A stretch of 64,000 nucleotides of DNA from Girardia tigrina (lineage: Eukaryota). A program made the position numbers and the translations under genes. Below, piece after piece: positions 11,356 through 25,630 of this stretch (its first letter is position 1; each line of letters begins with the position of its first letter). The stretch is from assembly GCA_001938485.1 (NCBI GenBank), contig MQRK01249112.1:28935-92934 (forward strand), given 5' to 3'. The notes under the pieces were generated by a model. That model was not told where the DNA came from. It was given only the letters and a program-made list of their open reading frames with translations, and ran no database searches.

Positions 11356-12444
11356 TAAACAAAATAATTAAGATGTTATGATCCTCATAAATCGTCATTT
11401 TACATCGTAATACAGTAGATATACATTAATGGGTTTAGTATATAACGGTAGATAGAAATTAGATTGCGTTATCTGAGAAAAGGAAAGTATTTTTTTTTCA
11501 TTAAGGATAACAAAAAATCTTCCAATAAAACAAGAAGATAAAATGACCTTTTATGTGTTCATCCGATAATATCTTATCCAAATCGATATAAAGATGTTTC
11601 AATAGTTTTATTTACAAATTATATCTGAATTTTGTTAATTAAATATGAGATTTTGGTTTCTTCCTAATTAAATAATATACTAATATTTTACTACTCATCT
11701 TGGAAAACATTTTTAATGAAAATAATTTGATGTGAAATGTGTTGCCATTTTCTTCAAAGCTGTCAGATTTTGTATAAAATAGCTTCCTGACTTTAATTGT
11801 TCGTATCATTTTACTGAAAGGATATGGTTGAACCTAGTCCGTTGTACTGGAAGTTCTTTTTGTTGCAGAAAACTAAATTTCTATGTTAGGTTGAACATTC
11901 AAAGATAAATAATTTGGTAATAATTTTGCTTAATATTCATATATTATTATTTTATTTTCATAATTAACTATTATTATGTTTAATTGTGCAATTTGGCAAT
12001 AAAATTTAGTTTTAATTTTTTTTGCTATTTAGTGACATTTAGTTTTTGAATAATTTAGTTCTTTCACGACTGAGCTCCAACAAGTTTCTAACATGATTTC
12101 TTTTACTATTCGTAGAACAAAAGGTTTCGAAATTCTGATTTTTAATTCAAAGTTATGATAACTTTTATTATATTTTATTTTCAAAATAATGATAAATTAG
12201 ATGATATTTTTATTTTAAAATAACGAAAAATTTTGCATATTTAAATTTAAATTAAAAAATATTATGTAAGTATGGTTCAAATAATCAGTTTTTGAAATAC
12301 ATTCTTAATTTATCACTCTAGAACGCTGCTTACAAGAGTCATAATTTTCCTGAGAATAATTCAAGTTTTATTAAATAAAATGTGGATAAACATATTAAGG
12401 CTATTAATAAGACCCATAATCTCTTTTGATATCATTAACATGTT

Positions 12445-12479
<35 letters not shown>

Positions 12480-14944
12480 CTACTCTAAGATTTAATTGAT
12501 AAGAACAACGTAGAACGTAATGCGTTCAATATATTACAATTAATTTCCATGATAGAAAATTTCGTCATTCCCATTGAAGTAGGCTTTAATATATGATGAA
12601 ATATTTCGTCATACACTGTGTAAAGGTTAATATTTCCAAATCTTTTCCAGCCAGAAAGCTCATAACACGTTTAAGTGTTTTCTTTTATTGTGTGAAATAA
12701 TTTAAATCACTAAATTAACTGATGCTTTTTGTGAGATTTAATTATTTTCATTTCGTCTTTAGAATAAATATCTGATTAGATTTTAAAATATTTTCAGATT
12801 CCAATTCCCGTGTCTTGTATTTTATTTTCCATTTTCAAAAATTGATTCGTTTGCTTTGAGTTCTGATGTCTATTATAAAGTTAAATGTCTTTTCTTGTTA
12901 TATTAGCTCGTGTTCATATTACTTGCTTTTTGAAACCATATTCAAACCGTACAATCAATTTTATAATCATAAAATATTATTTTTAATCTTCCATGATTTT
13001 CAGATAAATTGTATTAAAAGTATATTTTCATGGTTTTTGAAGGTGTTGCAAACTTAATGTGTACTAGTGTTATATTTTTCTGAATGTGGAAATTGACATT
13101 TCTCATTGTTTTGATCTTGAAGAAGATTCAATTTTCATTCTCTTCTTTTTTCTTAATGAATATTTACTTTTTGAAACTAAAATACTAAAATATTTACTGT
13201 TACTATTTTATAAAACAAATAATCTTGTAAAAAGAATTAATAATTATACTCCAAAAAATCTAAATATGAATTAACTAAATAATTTTAATGCTTATTTGAG
13301 GTGTTTTTTTAATGTTTTAAGAATATTTTTACTAAGCCAAATGTCATATTTAACGAGGGGCGATAGTAGTGAGCTTTTCTTTATGAAATTATTTTTTTCA
13401 TAAAAATATTTACTACACTATTTAGAAAGAGTTACCAAAAATGACGTTTTACTTTTTCTTTGTTAGTTTTTTTGTGGTGCAAGAGTGATAATTTGCTTGA
13501 ATGCAAAAAGTTAAATAAAATAAAAATTTAGATATTATTGATTTTTAATATTTATTTAACCACAAACTTAAGAATGCTGAATGAATTTCCTCAATAAAGA
13601 TTCAAAGTTTTGAATAGTGGTTTTTGTCCGAAAAATGTATTTTACTTCCTTATAACGTGCTCATATAGATTTATATATATTTTATTTAAATCACTTGAAT
13701 TCTTAATTATTCTCTTATAATTCACTAGAAAAAGACCCTTCATATATGACGAATGAGCTGAATATTTCACTTGTTAACTGATTGAATATTTTTTCATTTT
13801 TGGCTACTATAATTTTAATTCAAATACAATTTGACTGATGTTAAAAAGGCTATTGAAGAAAAAATTTTGAAATGAAATTCATATATGTAGCATTTCCGTA
13901 GATGCTGCTTATTTTCGGCTTGTAATTTCATATTAACCGGAGTTATTATTATTATGCATTGATTAAAAAATAAAGCCATACAAAAGCAAGAAAAAAGTTT
14001 GATCACAGCAAACTTGGAGTGTAACGTGTATCAATTATTATATTGACTGAGGATTGATATACCTTTATCGATTCATTTATTTATATTTAAATTTTTAATT
14101 ATTTGAATTTGAGTCTCAGTCATATTTTTAAATAATTGTAAATTTGATCACAACAAACTGGGCTTTTAAATATATAATAAACATTTATTTGAACAGTTAA
14201 AATATTTGCTCAAATAATTACTGAGCCATAATGAATGGGAACTCCGATTATCGTCATTTATTTAATAAATTATCCTCAATAATCTAATATTAGATTTATG
14301 ACTAAAAGTCATGAAAATTGAAAGTAGAGAACTCAAATTAAACTTGTTATACAATTTCATATTTTTGCAAAAATCATTAAAGCTTATAATTAGTTTAAAT
14401 TAATTTACATTTAATTTAGATAAAATAATTTGAATCACACAATATATTTTCTATTAAATTTACAAAAATAATGTCTTTGTTTTTACTATAAAAATAGTAA
14501 ATTCACAAAAAATTAAAAATTGCTCGTTAAAGGGTCACAATTCGATTTTTCATAATTTTCATCTTTACATTATTTTTATATTTATATTTGTCTCTGGTAG
14601 AGAGCCTTACCAAAAATAAATAACAGCAAATGACTTTTGTAGAGTTCGTTATCGAATTTATCGATCGATTTATCAACAATATTTTGCACGTCGATATCCA
14701 TCGAGATAAGTAGATAGAAAAGGCGGAACAAAAAATCGATAAATATTTATACGAATTAATTAAATCGTAGAAATACTAAAAGTCAGTTAAATAACCATGT
14801 TTAACCACTTGTTTATCAAAAAAATCATTTCTGTACAATATTCAAACAAAATTTGTTTTTGAAATTATTTTTTTAGAATTAATTTAATTTGTTGACCCAC
14901 TTTATTTTTGAATCCCATTATAAAGGAGCAACAGTAAAAATTGG

Positions 14945-15095
14945 GGTAAAAAGTTTTTTTTGGTAAAAATTAATTATTGGTAAAAATTTATTGAAAGTTA
15001 GAATTTATTTATGGTTAAAAATTATTAATGATAAAAGTTTATTAATGATAAAAATTTATTGATTATAAAAATTTTTTAATAGTAAAATTTTAATA
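14945..15095. repeat. Degenerate ~17-bp AT-rich minisatellite (consensus near GGTAAAAATTTATTAAT)
   Basis: About 8 imperfect tandem units visible. Confidence 0.55.
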
Positions 15096-15999
15096 ATTTA
15101 TTATACTCATATATTGTTTTCGGATGTGGAAATTCACGATAAAAAATTGTTGATTAATGGTCACTACAACTTTAAATTTATTTTCAAATTATAATTATTG
15201 CTGAAATTGAATTGAAAATAATTTTCCAGTTAATTTCTAATTTCATTTAATAGATTTAAATGCATTAATTTCATCATGTAGAAAGTTAAATTATTAATAT
15301 GTATACATTCTAACCCCATAAAAATTAATTTGTTGAGTGCATCAGAAATCCTAATATTTTTAGTGCTGGAATTCGCTTAACACCTTTATAATAACTGTTG
15401 TGCTATTTAAATTGCATATTTCTAAACTATAATTGCAACATCATGCAAAGTTTTGCTTATAACGCGTTTGTAGTGTGCTGTTTTAAAGTGAATTGTTTTC
15501 AGTTATGCTAAATAGCCTAGCAACAAATATCAACGTTTGACTGTGATTGAATTTAATTTATACATTTATGTTCTTAAACATCAAAAATGATTTATTTATA
15601 TTTTCAAGTGATTGATTATATGTTTTGAAATTAGTTTTCTTATAAAATAATTTTATTATCCCTTCTATTATTTTTATTTTAGTTTCAAGAACCGTTTGTA
15701 TTATCGTAGATTTACTTGTATCAAATATGAGTTGTAAATAATTTTATTTACACAAATAAGATTTTTAAAAAGTTTACGAAAGAAACTAAATTACTTAGTC
15801 CTATTAGTGATTATGGAATCAATACCCGATCAGAACATCATTTAATCTCACCATTTAATTACAAAAATAAAACTCTTAAAACTTTTTGAAGATATTTGAT
15901 CAAATTTAATATATGTGTTTTTTATGTATATGTGTTACATCCAATAATTACCAGACCTGACAAGTAAGAGATGTGTTAAAAGACTTGATACTTTTGAAA

Positions 16000-16120
16000 A
16001 ATGTACCTTTGATTTTCATATAACTCATCGCTCACAACTGTAAAATATTGGAATATAGAGTTTAAAGGAAGTCGCATTTCTATCTTCGATGAAGAAAGAG
16101 AAGGATGTCCGAGAGACATT
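16000..16120 (+). mobile_element. mariner N-terminal HTH fragment
   Basis: SSLTTVKYWNIEFKGSRISIFDEEREGCP matches the mariner TV..W...FK.GR.S..D..RSGRP motif. Confidence 0.65.
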
Positions 16121-16499
16121 TTGAACTTTGTCGATGAAAAACACTCAATACTGATAAGATGTTAAATTTAGGATCTAAGGAGGTCATTTATCGCTAATGT
16201 TCGAAATTTAAGTAATAATAATTATTATGTGATTATTATTATTTATCCCAAATTTAAATACTTAAAAAGATGTCTCCATTTAAATACTTAGAAATTATGT
16301 GTAATGTTCCTTAAAAAAGGGTATGATGAGTTTACTCGTCTCCATAAAACAATGTGTTAATTTTAGTGTAGAGAAATTTAAAATTTTATTCACATTTTAT
16401 AAAAAAACAATTAATGCTAACACATTTCTTTAATTACTTACATATTTTACACAATAAATAAAATAATAAAATACATTAATTTCAAAAATAATGTATAAA

Positions 16500-18690
16500 A
16501 GGAAAATGCGTTCCCTAAATATTCAACTTGAGACAGAAAGTAATTTCAGGAACACCTAAATTTTTGTCACAAAAAGAAAAGCATATAAGGCTATCATTTT
16601 ATAACATAACCAAAATTTTTGTGTCGAATCTGGACGGTATAATACCTGATTTACAAGTGTCAATCCAACTGCTTAATTTATGGTTAGGAAAACACGTACC
16701 GTTTACACTGCCGTATCGTCTTGCAAGAATCCTAGATTTCCATTCGGTACTGCATCATCTTACCAGTCAAGAGACGGAGAGGAAACCTGCAATATGACTT
16801 TCAAATTCTCAGGGCATTTCATTTTACTAAGTCGTATCAATGTTGAGGCTCAGTCTTCTTAGACTTTTAATTGATGATTTTATATCCGAAATTTGAATTA
16901 AAATATTTTCATCCTTTTGTGAGATAATTTGCTTTCAAATATAGTTTCATAAACCACCATTGTTTTGCCTTGGAACGTGTTCTTTATATAAAATAGGAAT
17001 AAAATCCTTTAGTGGTTTGTTTAAAGAAACTTTATTTCTTTATTATCAACCAAAATTCATAGATATATTAATACAACAAATATATAATTGACGTGTTCTT
17101 GTACAAATTTATTTTAATTTTTAAAGGAATTTAATTTTAAGTATGTCTTCCTTCATATATGTTTCATGTTTCATATAATATTTAAGAGTTTTTGCATTGA
17201 CATATTAATTTTCGTTTTAAAATTCGTTTCTTTAAAATTCCTTTCATTGTTTAAATTAAATTACAACGCTATTTTTAGCTTTGCAAATTCGCTATATAAT
17301 TGTACCAACGAGAAGTAGAAACCTTCATTTGATATTGAAATACAGAGTGGGCCTCAAGGTACCTCTTCGTATTATCAATTACTGATCTAATGGTCCCGCG
17401 ATTTTCTACACGATTGCTAATTGAATTATTTTATTATTTATAACTTTAAGGAAAAAACAAAACATTTTCCAGTCACTACTACATTTCGTTCAATAGTTGG
17501 TTATCAATTTTTGGAAATAAACAATTTTTAAAATAAAGTACTGTCTTCCTGTTTATGTCTATATTTTATTAAGTTAAGTTTTAACTGAAAATTTTAATTT
17601 TGACATTAGTTTAAAAATCATTTTAGATGATTTTGAATACAATGTAAGCAAAACTCGATCGCCAGAGTGGAATATATTTAATAACAATATCCATATAGAA
17701 TCATATTCTTCCACGCTAGGAAGATCAAGATCATCAATTTGATAGAAAAGTAATGCAAACCAACCTATTATTCCACGTTCCAACTAAGCATATATGCATT
17801 TTTTTTATTTATAATCACTACTAATCCAAATAAAAAACTAATTTAAAATACTTTTGGATCTTCTTCTTTTGACAGACATTATATTCTTATCTTTATATGT
17901 TTTTTCGATAATTATCCTGTCTTTAATGTTGTTTCGCTTTCGGATGTTATTATGGTAAGGTTAAGACTAATGTCTACGTCAAGGTATGGAGCATGCAAGT
18001 GTTCAATTAAATATCCATTGTAACGATATTCTAGTTTAACAATAAATAATTTATTTAATAATATAAAAACGTTTAAAATAAATTGACTAACCTTAAATAA
18101 ACTAAGTATAACTGTTTTATGATTTAAGAGAAATTTTATGTTTAATTGCTACGGAACCGTTCTCAGAAATGTTTGTTAAACTTAAAGTCAATTGTAACAT
18201 TAAAAATATTCAGTGCTACTGAGATTTTAACTTTAGACCCCATTTAATACCATTGCAGGATTTAATTTATGTTGGTTTTACATTGGTCTCGGGAGATAAA
18301 GATTAAAGAAATTTTCTTAAACTGTATAATATTGTATAATTGTATTATGCTGTATGTACAAAATTGTAATAATTGTAATTGTAATAATACAAAGGCGTCG
18401 AAGTAAATCATTTACATAACCTTTGTAAACTTTCTCGGAGTTCTAGTTGATCCTTGACTCAAACTAAGCATAAACTATTACTAAATTATCTGAGAATTTT
18501 TTTACATGACGTATTATTAAAAAACTGACTTTTACGTTTATAAACATTTGTTACAAAAACAAAATAATTGTCTTTGAAATAAAAATAAGTACTATCTTAA
18601 TTTCTATTGTTATTTAATTATAATTTCTGAATACCTATGCACAAGCTTGGAAGGTTCGTTCAGGAAATTTCTTGCTCGTGTACCTTGATT
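16500..18690 (-). CDS. Candidate multi-exon host gene of unknown function (possibly partly decayed)
   Basis: Chain of GT-AG-bounded blocks on the minus strand; several join in frame (TRARNFLNEPSKLVHS|LSQGSTRTPRKFTK|FKKISLIFISRDQ and YLIEHLHAPYLD|RNNIKDRII..RRRSK|IGTWNNS|VEEYDSIWILLLNIFHSGDRV). Other junctions gave stops. Confidence 0.35.
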
Positions 18691-19066
18691 TATTTTTATT
18701 TCTCTCCTGTTTTCACATTTAAATCAGCAGAAATAATATTTTGTCATTATTTTGAATGACATTAACTGTTAATTAAGTTTTATAATTTAAGTCTAATAAT
18801 TTTAATCATAGAACAAGTTTAATTGTAAAGCGATAAATGTTTCACAAATGTTTTGAATTTACCAAAATAAAAATTTATCATTTGGATTATCGTAAAATAA
18901 TTTAGGATTTCGGTAGCATTTAGTGTATGAGAGGATTTTATAATAAACCTTATTATAACATATTAATCTTCATACATCATTTATAGCTTATATTATTTTC
19001 AATTTGAAGGTTGAGTTTAAATATGTGATTTTCTATCTTATTTAATGTATAAAACATAAGATATTA

Positions 19067-20022
19067 CAGGGTTGTGTAAAATTATATATACTGTGTGCAG
19101 AAATATATATACTGACATTAAAAATTTTAAAATATATAATTTTTCCATGTTTTAAAATATTTTTTTAATAAATTTATTCATTTATTAAAATTTTTTAAAA
19201 GGTTTTTTTAGAAATTTATTTTATAAAGAATTTGAAAAATTTAATTACATATACATATAACATTTGTAATGTAAATAAACATTTTTATTTTTAGATACGA
19301 TCTATACATCAAAACTATTATTGATGTTTTTTTAGACCAGTATTATTCAAAAGGATTTATTTTAAAGTTCAGGAACGTAAACTAAAGTATAATGATAATT
19401 ATCAAATGCATGTAATGATAGAGGAAAGTTACTTTCTAAGGCTTAAAAGGAAAAAAAATAAAAGAGGTCTAACCTCAATACACGATATATGAAGCACCAG
19501 CGTCGGGCATTCAACATCTTTGCTAGATTATCTTCTGATGATAATCTGTTCTTCCTAGATGAGTCAGAATTCAATCTCCATACTTCTTATAATCGTAATC
19601 TCAGTATATGGGTTGTGTACGGAGACTAGTTTTATTCAACAGTTACATTAAAAAAATGAAAAGTAAGTTTCCTTCATGAGTATATAATAATTTCCCTTAT
19701 ACTTTTATATTCTTTACCAAACTTGAAAATTAATCCATTTAAAAATACTGGTCTAAAACACCAACAATAATTTTTATCTATAGATCGTATCTAAAATAAA
19801 TATGTTTATTTTACATTACAAATGTTATATGTATATGTAATTAAATTTTTACAAAATTTTTTGAAGATACATTTACAAAAAAGTTTAATACATTTTTAAA
19901 ATAAGTTAAACGAAAAAAATTACTCCTTCAATTTTATATATATTTTAAAAAAATTAGCGTCAGTATATATATTTCTGAACATAGTATATATAAATTTGCA
20001 CATAGTATATATAATTGTGAAC

Positions 20023-20026
<4 letters not shown>
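19067..20026 (+). mobile_element. Internally deleted Tc1/IS630-like element with long (~300 bp) imperfect TIRs
   Basis: 19067-19360 mirrors 19730-20026, with ~22-bp direct repeats inside the TIRs. Centre reads DDNLFFLDESEFNLHTS (first catalytic D motif). Confidence 0.7.
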
Positions 20027-20064
<38 letters not shown>

Positions 20065-20091
20065 TTGTAAAGTAAAATCTATATGATAGAG

Positions 20092-20791
20092 ATAAAAATA
20101 AGACGACGCGTTTCGAGATAATAATAATCACATCATCAGGTCACAAAATATACTAAGCAAGTACACTATATGGAAACTTGTCGAAAATAAATAAAATTTA
20201 TCCAATAAATTATTGGATGAAAATAAATTTATTTCACTTTTCCTTAAAACTAAGAGAAATGTACTAAATGCAATCAATCTCAGTCTCGCAAACCAACCAT
20301 TGACAGCTATCAATTGCCATTTGAGAAAACGATGTGTTTTCTCTATCGTTCCGTACTTTACAAGGTAACGGAGACATATGATAAAGATGACAACTAACAG
20401 CACACCAAAAGTTAATCTTTGAGATGAAACTTCTCACACTCAATGCAATAAACTCAATTTTAGCCTTCCCATTAAATCCAAAACAATCCGAAATTTCATC
20501 GATGCAATTTGACTGAAATGTATGACCAAATGAATTGACGTTAAAATCAATTATTTTTTGAATAACTTGGAAAGAATGAAGGAATTCAAAACAAAATGTA
20601 TTTTGTCGGTGTGTGATTATTTTGCATTAGCCAAATGTGTTTACAAAATTTTATTATCATAAAACAATTAGAAAATTAGGGTCACAGAGGACCACAGAGA
20701 AAGGGCACTGAGTGTTACCAGTGTCAAACCTGGTACAGTTGAGAGATTTCATTTGGTATTATTATCTCGAAACGCGTCGTCTTATTTTTAT
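20092..20791. mobile_element. Non-autonomous TIR element
   Basis: 35-bp perfect inverted repeat ATAAAAATAAGACGACGCGTTTCGAGATAATAATA at 20092-20126 and 20757-20791. Confidence 0.75.
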
Positions 20792-20793
20792 TC

Positions 20794-20848
<55 letters not shown>

Positions 20849-20898
20849 NNNNNNNNNNNNNNNNNNNNNNNNNNNNNNNNNNNNNNNNNNNNNNNNNN

Positions 20899-20934
<36 letters not shown>

Positions 20935-21755
20935 TGCAAAACCCTGAAAAGTAAAGATTTTTTCCTATATCCTTTTTTACCTAATTTTAAAGTAGAACAC
21001 ATCGAATCATAAAGTTTGAAGCATTAGTTTAATGACAACTTAAACTAATATAAATAAATTAAATAAATCAATAGATATAAAATTGTAAATATTAAATTAT
21101 TTATATATTTAGAAAAAATTATTCAACTGAAATGATTAAAAGACCAATGAAGTAAGCTTATAAAAATTATATTGAAACGTTGTCTTTTAACGTGCCTTTG
21201 GGTAAATTTGGTAGTGTAGCATGCTTTGTTTTTTATGTATTTGATATTATTTATTTTATTTATTCAATGTAATTATAAAAGTAACTCACAAAAATTAACA
21301 ATACTTCAAAAACTGGAAAGAGTAACATTTGATGTTGTATCAGAATAGAGTCAGTAAAATTAAAAGATGAGTTTTCGATTCTGATTTCGAATTTTGATAC
21401 ACATTCGGAAAGACAATATTTTCAGTCACAATTGATGAGGCACCATAATCAACTAATAAATGTTCAAAAGTGAAATAGAAAAATTTTAAAATGTTTAATA
21501 TTTTTATTTAGGATTGTTTTTAATTGTTCATGGTTGAATTTTGAAATCTGTAAATTTATGTTATAATAAATTTAAAATGTTTATATTAGTACATATTTTT
21601 TAAAAATACTTGATTTTTTTGGTAGTATTACAATTAATATTTTAGTTTTGATTGTTTTAATAATTCGTAGTGTTTTTTTTGTTTTGTCTTAATTAAAAAA
21701 CCTTTTTCTTTTAAAAATTTTGAAATTTTGGGAGTTGATTTTGTAATTATCATAA

Positions 21756-21970
21756 CACTTTGACTGACGTATCGTCTACAGATGATATAACATTGTTTTT
21801 CTTGTGATTTGCGTCGGTTGCAGCCTACATCGACATAGAATTAAATTGAAAGAAACACTAAGGGTTGCAGAAGAACTAGACAAAGACAGATTGAAAGATG
21901 ATTAATTAAACCTCAATTCAGTAGAAAAACGTGTCAGAAAACCTTTTATCTGCTTGCGACCGTCAAAGTG
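21756..21970. mobile_element. Possible piggyBac-type MITE
   Basis: CACTTTGAC...GTCAAAGTG ends, flanked by ATAA / TTAA. Confidence 0.5.
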
Positions 21971-23943
21971 TTAAATAATTTAAAATAAATAATTACAGAA
22001 TTTGAATTCTATAATTTTATTGAATAAATGTAATAAATATATTAATGTAACATGTTACTATCGAATGAAAATATTTTAATGTAGTTTAATAATAATTATA
22101 ACAGTAAAACTATATCCATAAAAATAAAACACGACCATCAAATTAACCTTCGCGTCAAATCTAAAAGAATCTGAAGTTCAAACAGTATGTATCAACTACA
22201 ATTAAAATGATATTTATAGTGGACATTGTATTCCATCAACTATAACAGGTTTTAAACAGATATGATTCGGTGTGATACATGTATTCGAGCAATACAAAAT
22301 AGTAGGACACCGACGAAGTACATTTTACTTTGAATTTCTTACTAAATCGAAATTAATATTTTCTGTGTTCATTCGAAAATATATAGTTAAGGGAAATAAA
22401 AAGTATATGAAAAAGTAAAGGAAAATGCATATGAAATTAAAAAATATACGACGAGTTTATTAGACTCAAAATTCTTCCTTATCTTTCTTTGATCATAAAT
22501 TTGCAAAAGATGAATAAGAATATTTTTTCAGGGTAAGAGAAAGAATCATCTAAGTGAATATTTACCAATCAAAGCAGCCTAAAAAGAAATGATCTGAAAC
22601 CTTGCACCGAAAGTATTTGATGTTCACAGTTTTCTAAGATTCCAGTAGGTTGTTGATATTGTTTTTTTCTGAAAAAGAGGTTCAATTGCTACTACATCAA
22701 CCTGTTAATAGCATGTAGACGCAATTCAGTAAAGATGACAGTATAATAAACTAGTTAAGACAAGTTGTCCAACAATGACAATCATTAATGGAATGAAGTG
22801 AGTTACAGTTCTTCAGTCGTCCTTACTACAGTCATTATTTCACGCCAAGGGAATATTTATATATTATATTTCCAAAGTATACTTTCAGACCCTGATAATC
22901 ATTGTGTTAAAATGTCATGCTATTTGTTGCTTTCAAGTCTAATTAGGATATTTATTTGATGCATAACAAGGTGGATTATTTGTGCGAGAAAGAAGTTCAT
23001 AAAAAACCTTATGCAAGAATGAGAAAGTTAATGCTTATCTTGAAAACATTACAAAAATGTGATTGAATCGTGCTCGAAATTCCAAATTCGTTTTGAGGTA
23101 TTATTGCAGGCAATACAAAAATAATGGATACATGTTTATGTACAAAACACATTTTTAAACGATATTTTCGTCATGACCTCTAAATCGGCTCATAAATGCT
23201 TGAAGCAAATGTAAAATCGTCGAGTACCTCTGTCGTCAAATTTTGAAACTTCATCTTAATACTGGTTATTTTGCATAAATTTAATAAATATTTATACAAT
23301 AGACTTTTAAAATTATTATAATTTCAAAGTCTATTTCGATTATAAGATACTAACGAAAATAATATGATAAACAATAATAATGTCCAAAAATTTTATTACA
23401 AATACATTTTTTTCAAATCAATGAATTCCATCTTGTGTTAAACAGTTCCATAATGTCAATTATGTGAAAATAGCAACAAAACAATGTAAAACAGAAATAT
23501 AAAAAGTGCTTCAATAATTTTTGACGTAAATTTTATATAAATGTAATCTAGATTTTATTTGAAAATAGTGCTTCTTACCATTATGTGCTGAATAAAATTT
23601 TTTAATGTTGTAATTTAAAGTTGTCAAATATAAAAATTGGGAAACTAAATTTTTAAAATTGTAAAAATCGATAAAACTCTAAAATTGAAATATTGTAAAT
23701 TTAAAAATTTTCAGATTGTACAATTTAAATTAAAATTTTAACATATTATATTTATATTACTCTATATTTTTATAAGGGTTTGTGAATGTTCTTCGGAGAT
23801 GTTTTAAAAAACAGAAAATAGTATTGTAATTAATTTTAAAATTATTTCTAATTTTCAATTTGACTCTAATACGGATTCGTCAAATATATCCAAATTAACA
23901 GTAATATAAAAATTTTTGTAATGATTATTTTTTTATTAATTTA

Positions 23944-25129
23944 TAGGATGCGGTAAAAAAAGTTAAAAAGTTTAATGCATTCTAACACAAATTATTGTAA
24001 TGTATCCAATAACTTTTATTTTATGGGATTATCCATGTTTTGTGTACTATTGACTGTATTTCGAATAATATTGTGGGTTGATTTATTGTACTTCCATTAT
24101 GTCGAATAAACATAGTGCAATTGTGGAGCTGTTTCGTCAAGGAAAATGTCAATCTGAAATTGTTTATTTTCTCGGTGTTTCAAAGATGATGGTCTCGCGT
24201 GCTGTTCGGCGATTCGAGGAACTTTGACACAAAGGTTGGCGTCTAGGAAGTGGAAGAAAATGCATCGTCAACACATCTACAAATTACAATGTCATCAAGA
24301 AGCGAGTGCAGCGAAATCCGCGGGTCTCCAAAAAAATTGCTCGTGAGATCGGCATAAGCGATCAATCAGTGCGGCGAATGGTGACAACGGAGCTCAACTT
24401 CAAATCCTACAAGCTCTAAAATGTTCAGTTCCTCACAGAAGAGAACAAACACATACGGCTGCAAAGATGCCGTCAACTCAGACTTCGAGCGATCGGTCAG
24501 TGATTGGAGCGAATCCTCTTCACGAACGAGAAGTTGTTCACTTTCGAACAAGCGCACAACCACCAGAACGATAGGATCTGGTCCGCAAATACTCCAGACC
24601 TTTCAGGCGTCAAAAACTCGTATCAGTGATGGTGTGTGGTGCAATTTAGGCCAGCGGTAAGATCCATTTCCTTTTCGTCAAACAGGAGGTTAAAATCATC
24701 CAAGAAATTTACCGACTCAACATTCTCAAAGCCATCATTCTTTCGTGGGCACAACATCACTTCGGTGAATTTAATTTTATCAGCAGAAAGACTGCTCTTT
24801 TAGCCAGATCTCAATCCAATGGACAAAAATTTGGTCTATATTGGAGACCAGGGCCTGTGATACACGCCACAACAGTTTGGAGTCGCTGAAGCGGTCGCTG
24901 CATCGAGAGTGGAACTGATTGTGGCGAGAAGATCTGCGGCACATAGACGAAAATATCGAATCACATTTGGACTCTGCATCGCCACGGAAGAAAGCCCCTT
25001 CGAAACTGACTGATTATATAATTGTTAATCGTTTATGTTATTGTTTTGAATCATTAGATTTGTTAAATTTATTTTATGTAATAAAGTTATACTTAAAAAA
25101 TATGAGTAACGTTTTTTTCCCACACCATA
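23944..25129 (+). mobile_element. maT/DD37D (Bmmar1-like) transposon, decayed; transposase ~24099-25012
   Basis: MSNKHSAIVELFRQGK..VSRAVRRFEEL..GSGRK; ILFTNEKLFTFEQAHNHQNDRIWS; PDLNPMD..WSILETRAC..HNSLESLKRSLHREW. Stops, frameshifts, degenerate TIRs. Confidence 0.85.
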
Positions 25130-25573
25130 TAATTATTATTTTAATAAGTTCGTAGTTTTGAAAGATTTTCATTTTTCCTTAGTTGCTATAAATTAATTTT
25201 GAAGATTAATTTGTTGTATCTGTACATATAATGTAAGAATTAAATATCAGAGTTCGAAAATGTCGAAAATTAAGATATTATTTTTAAATCGAAGATAATT
25301 AATTATTCTAATGAAATGAAACTTTGATCTATTTCTCTGCTATGATAAGACTTTTAATATTTTTTGCTGATTCTTATTAAACTTAGCCTAATTAATAAAT
25401 ATTTAAAATTTCATGGTAATTATAATGATTTTAATAAAGATTTTAAAGTAATTTTAAATAATTTTGACACTAATTATGAGAGGATAATTACCTATGCATT
25501 GTGAATTAAGCACCATAAACCATGCTTAAACTTTCAAGGTTTATTCAATCGTATGAATATTTTTAAAATGACA

Positions 25574-25630
<57 letters not shown>

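Noticed and set aside
11450-14030. Coding remnants on the minus strand
   Set aside because: Short open stretches with no recognisable family and inconsistent splice phases.
16680-16862. Sushi/CCP domain exon on the + strand (SCKNPRFPFG..CNMTFKFSG)
   Set aside because: Cys spacing is too short, the conserved Trp and final Cys are missing, and splice signals favour the minus strand.
22500-23250. Ancient MULE transposase on the minus strand
   Set aside because: Only faint motif echoes (FEH.., RTT..NCNSLHS) with many stops; too weak to call.
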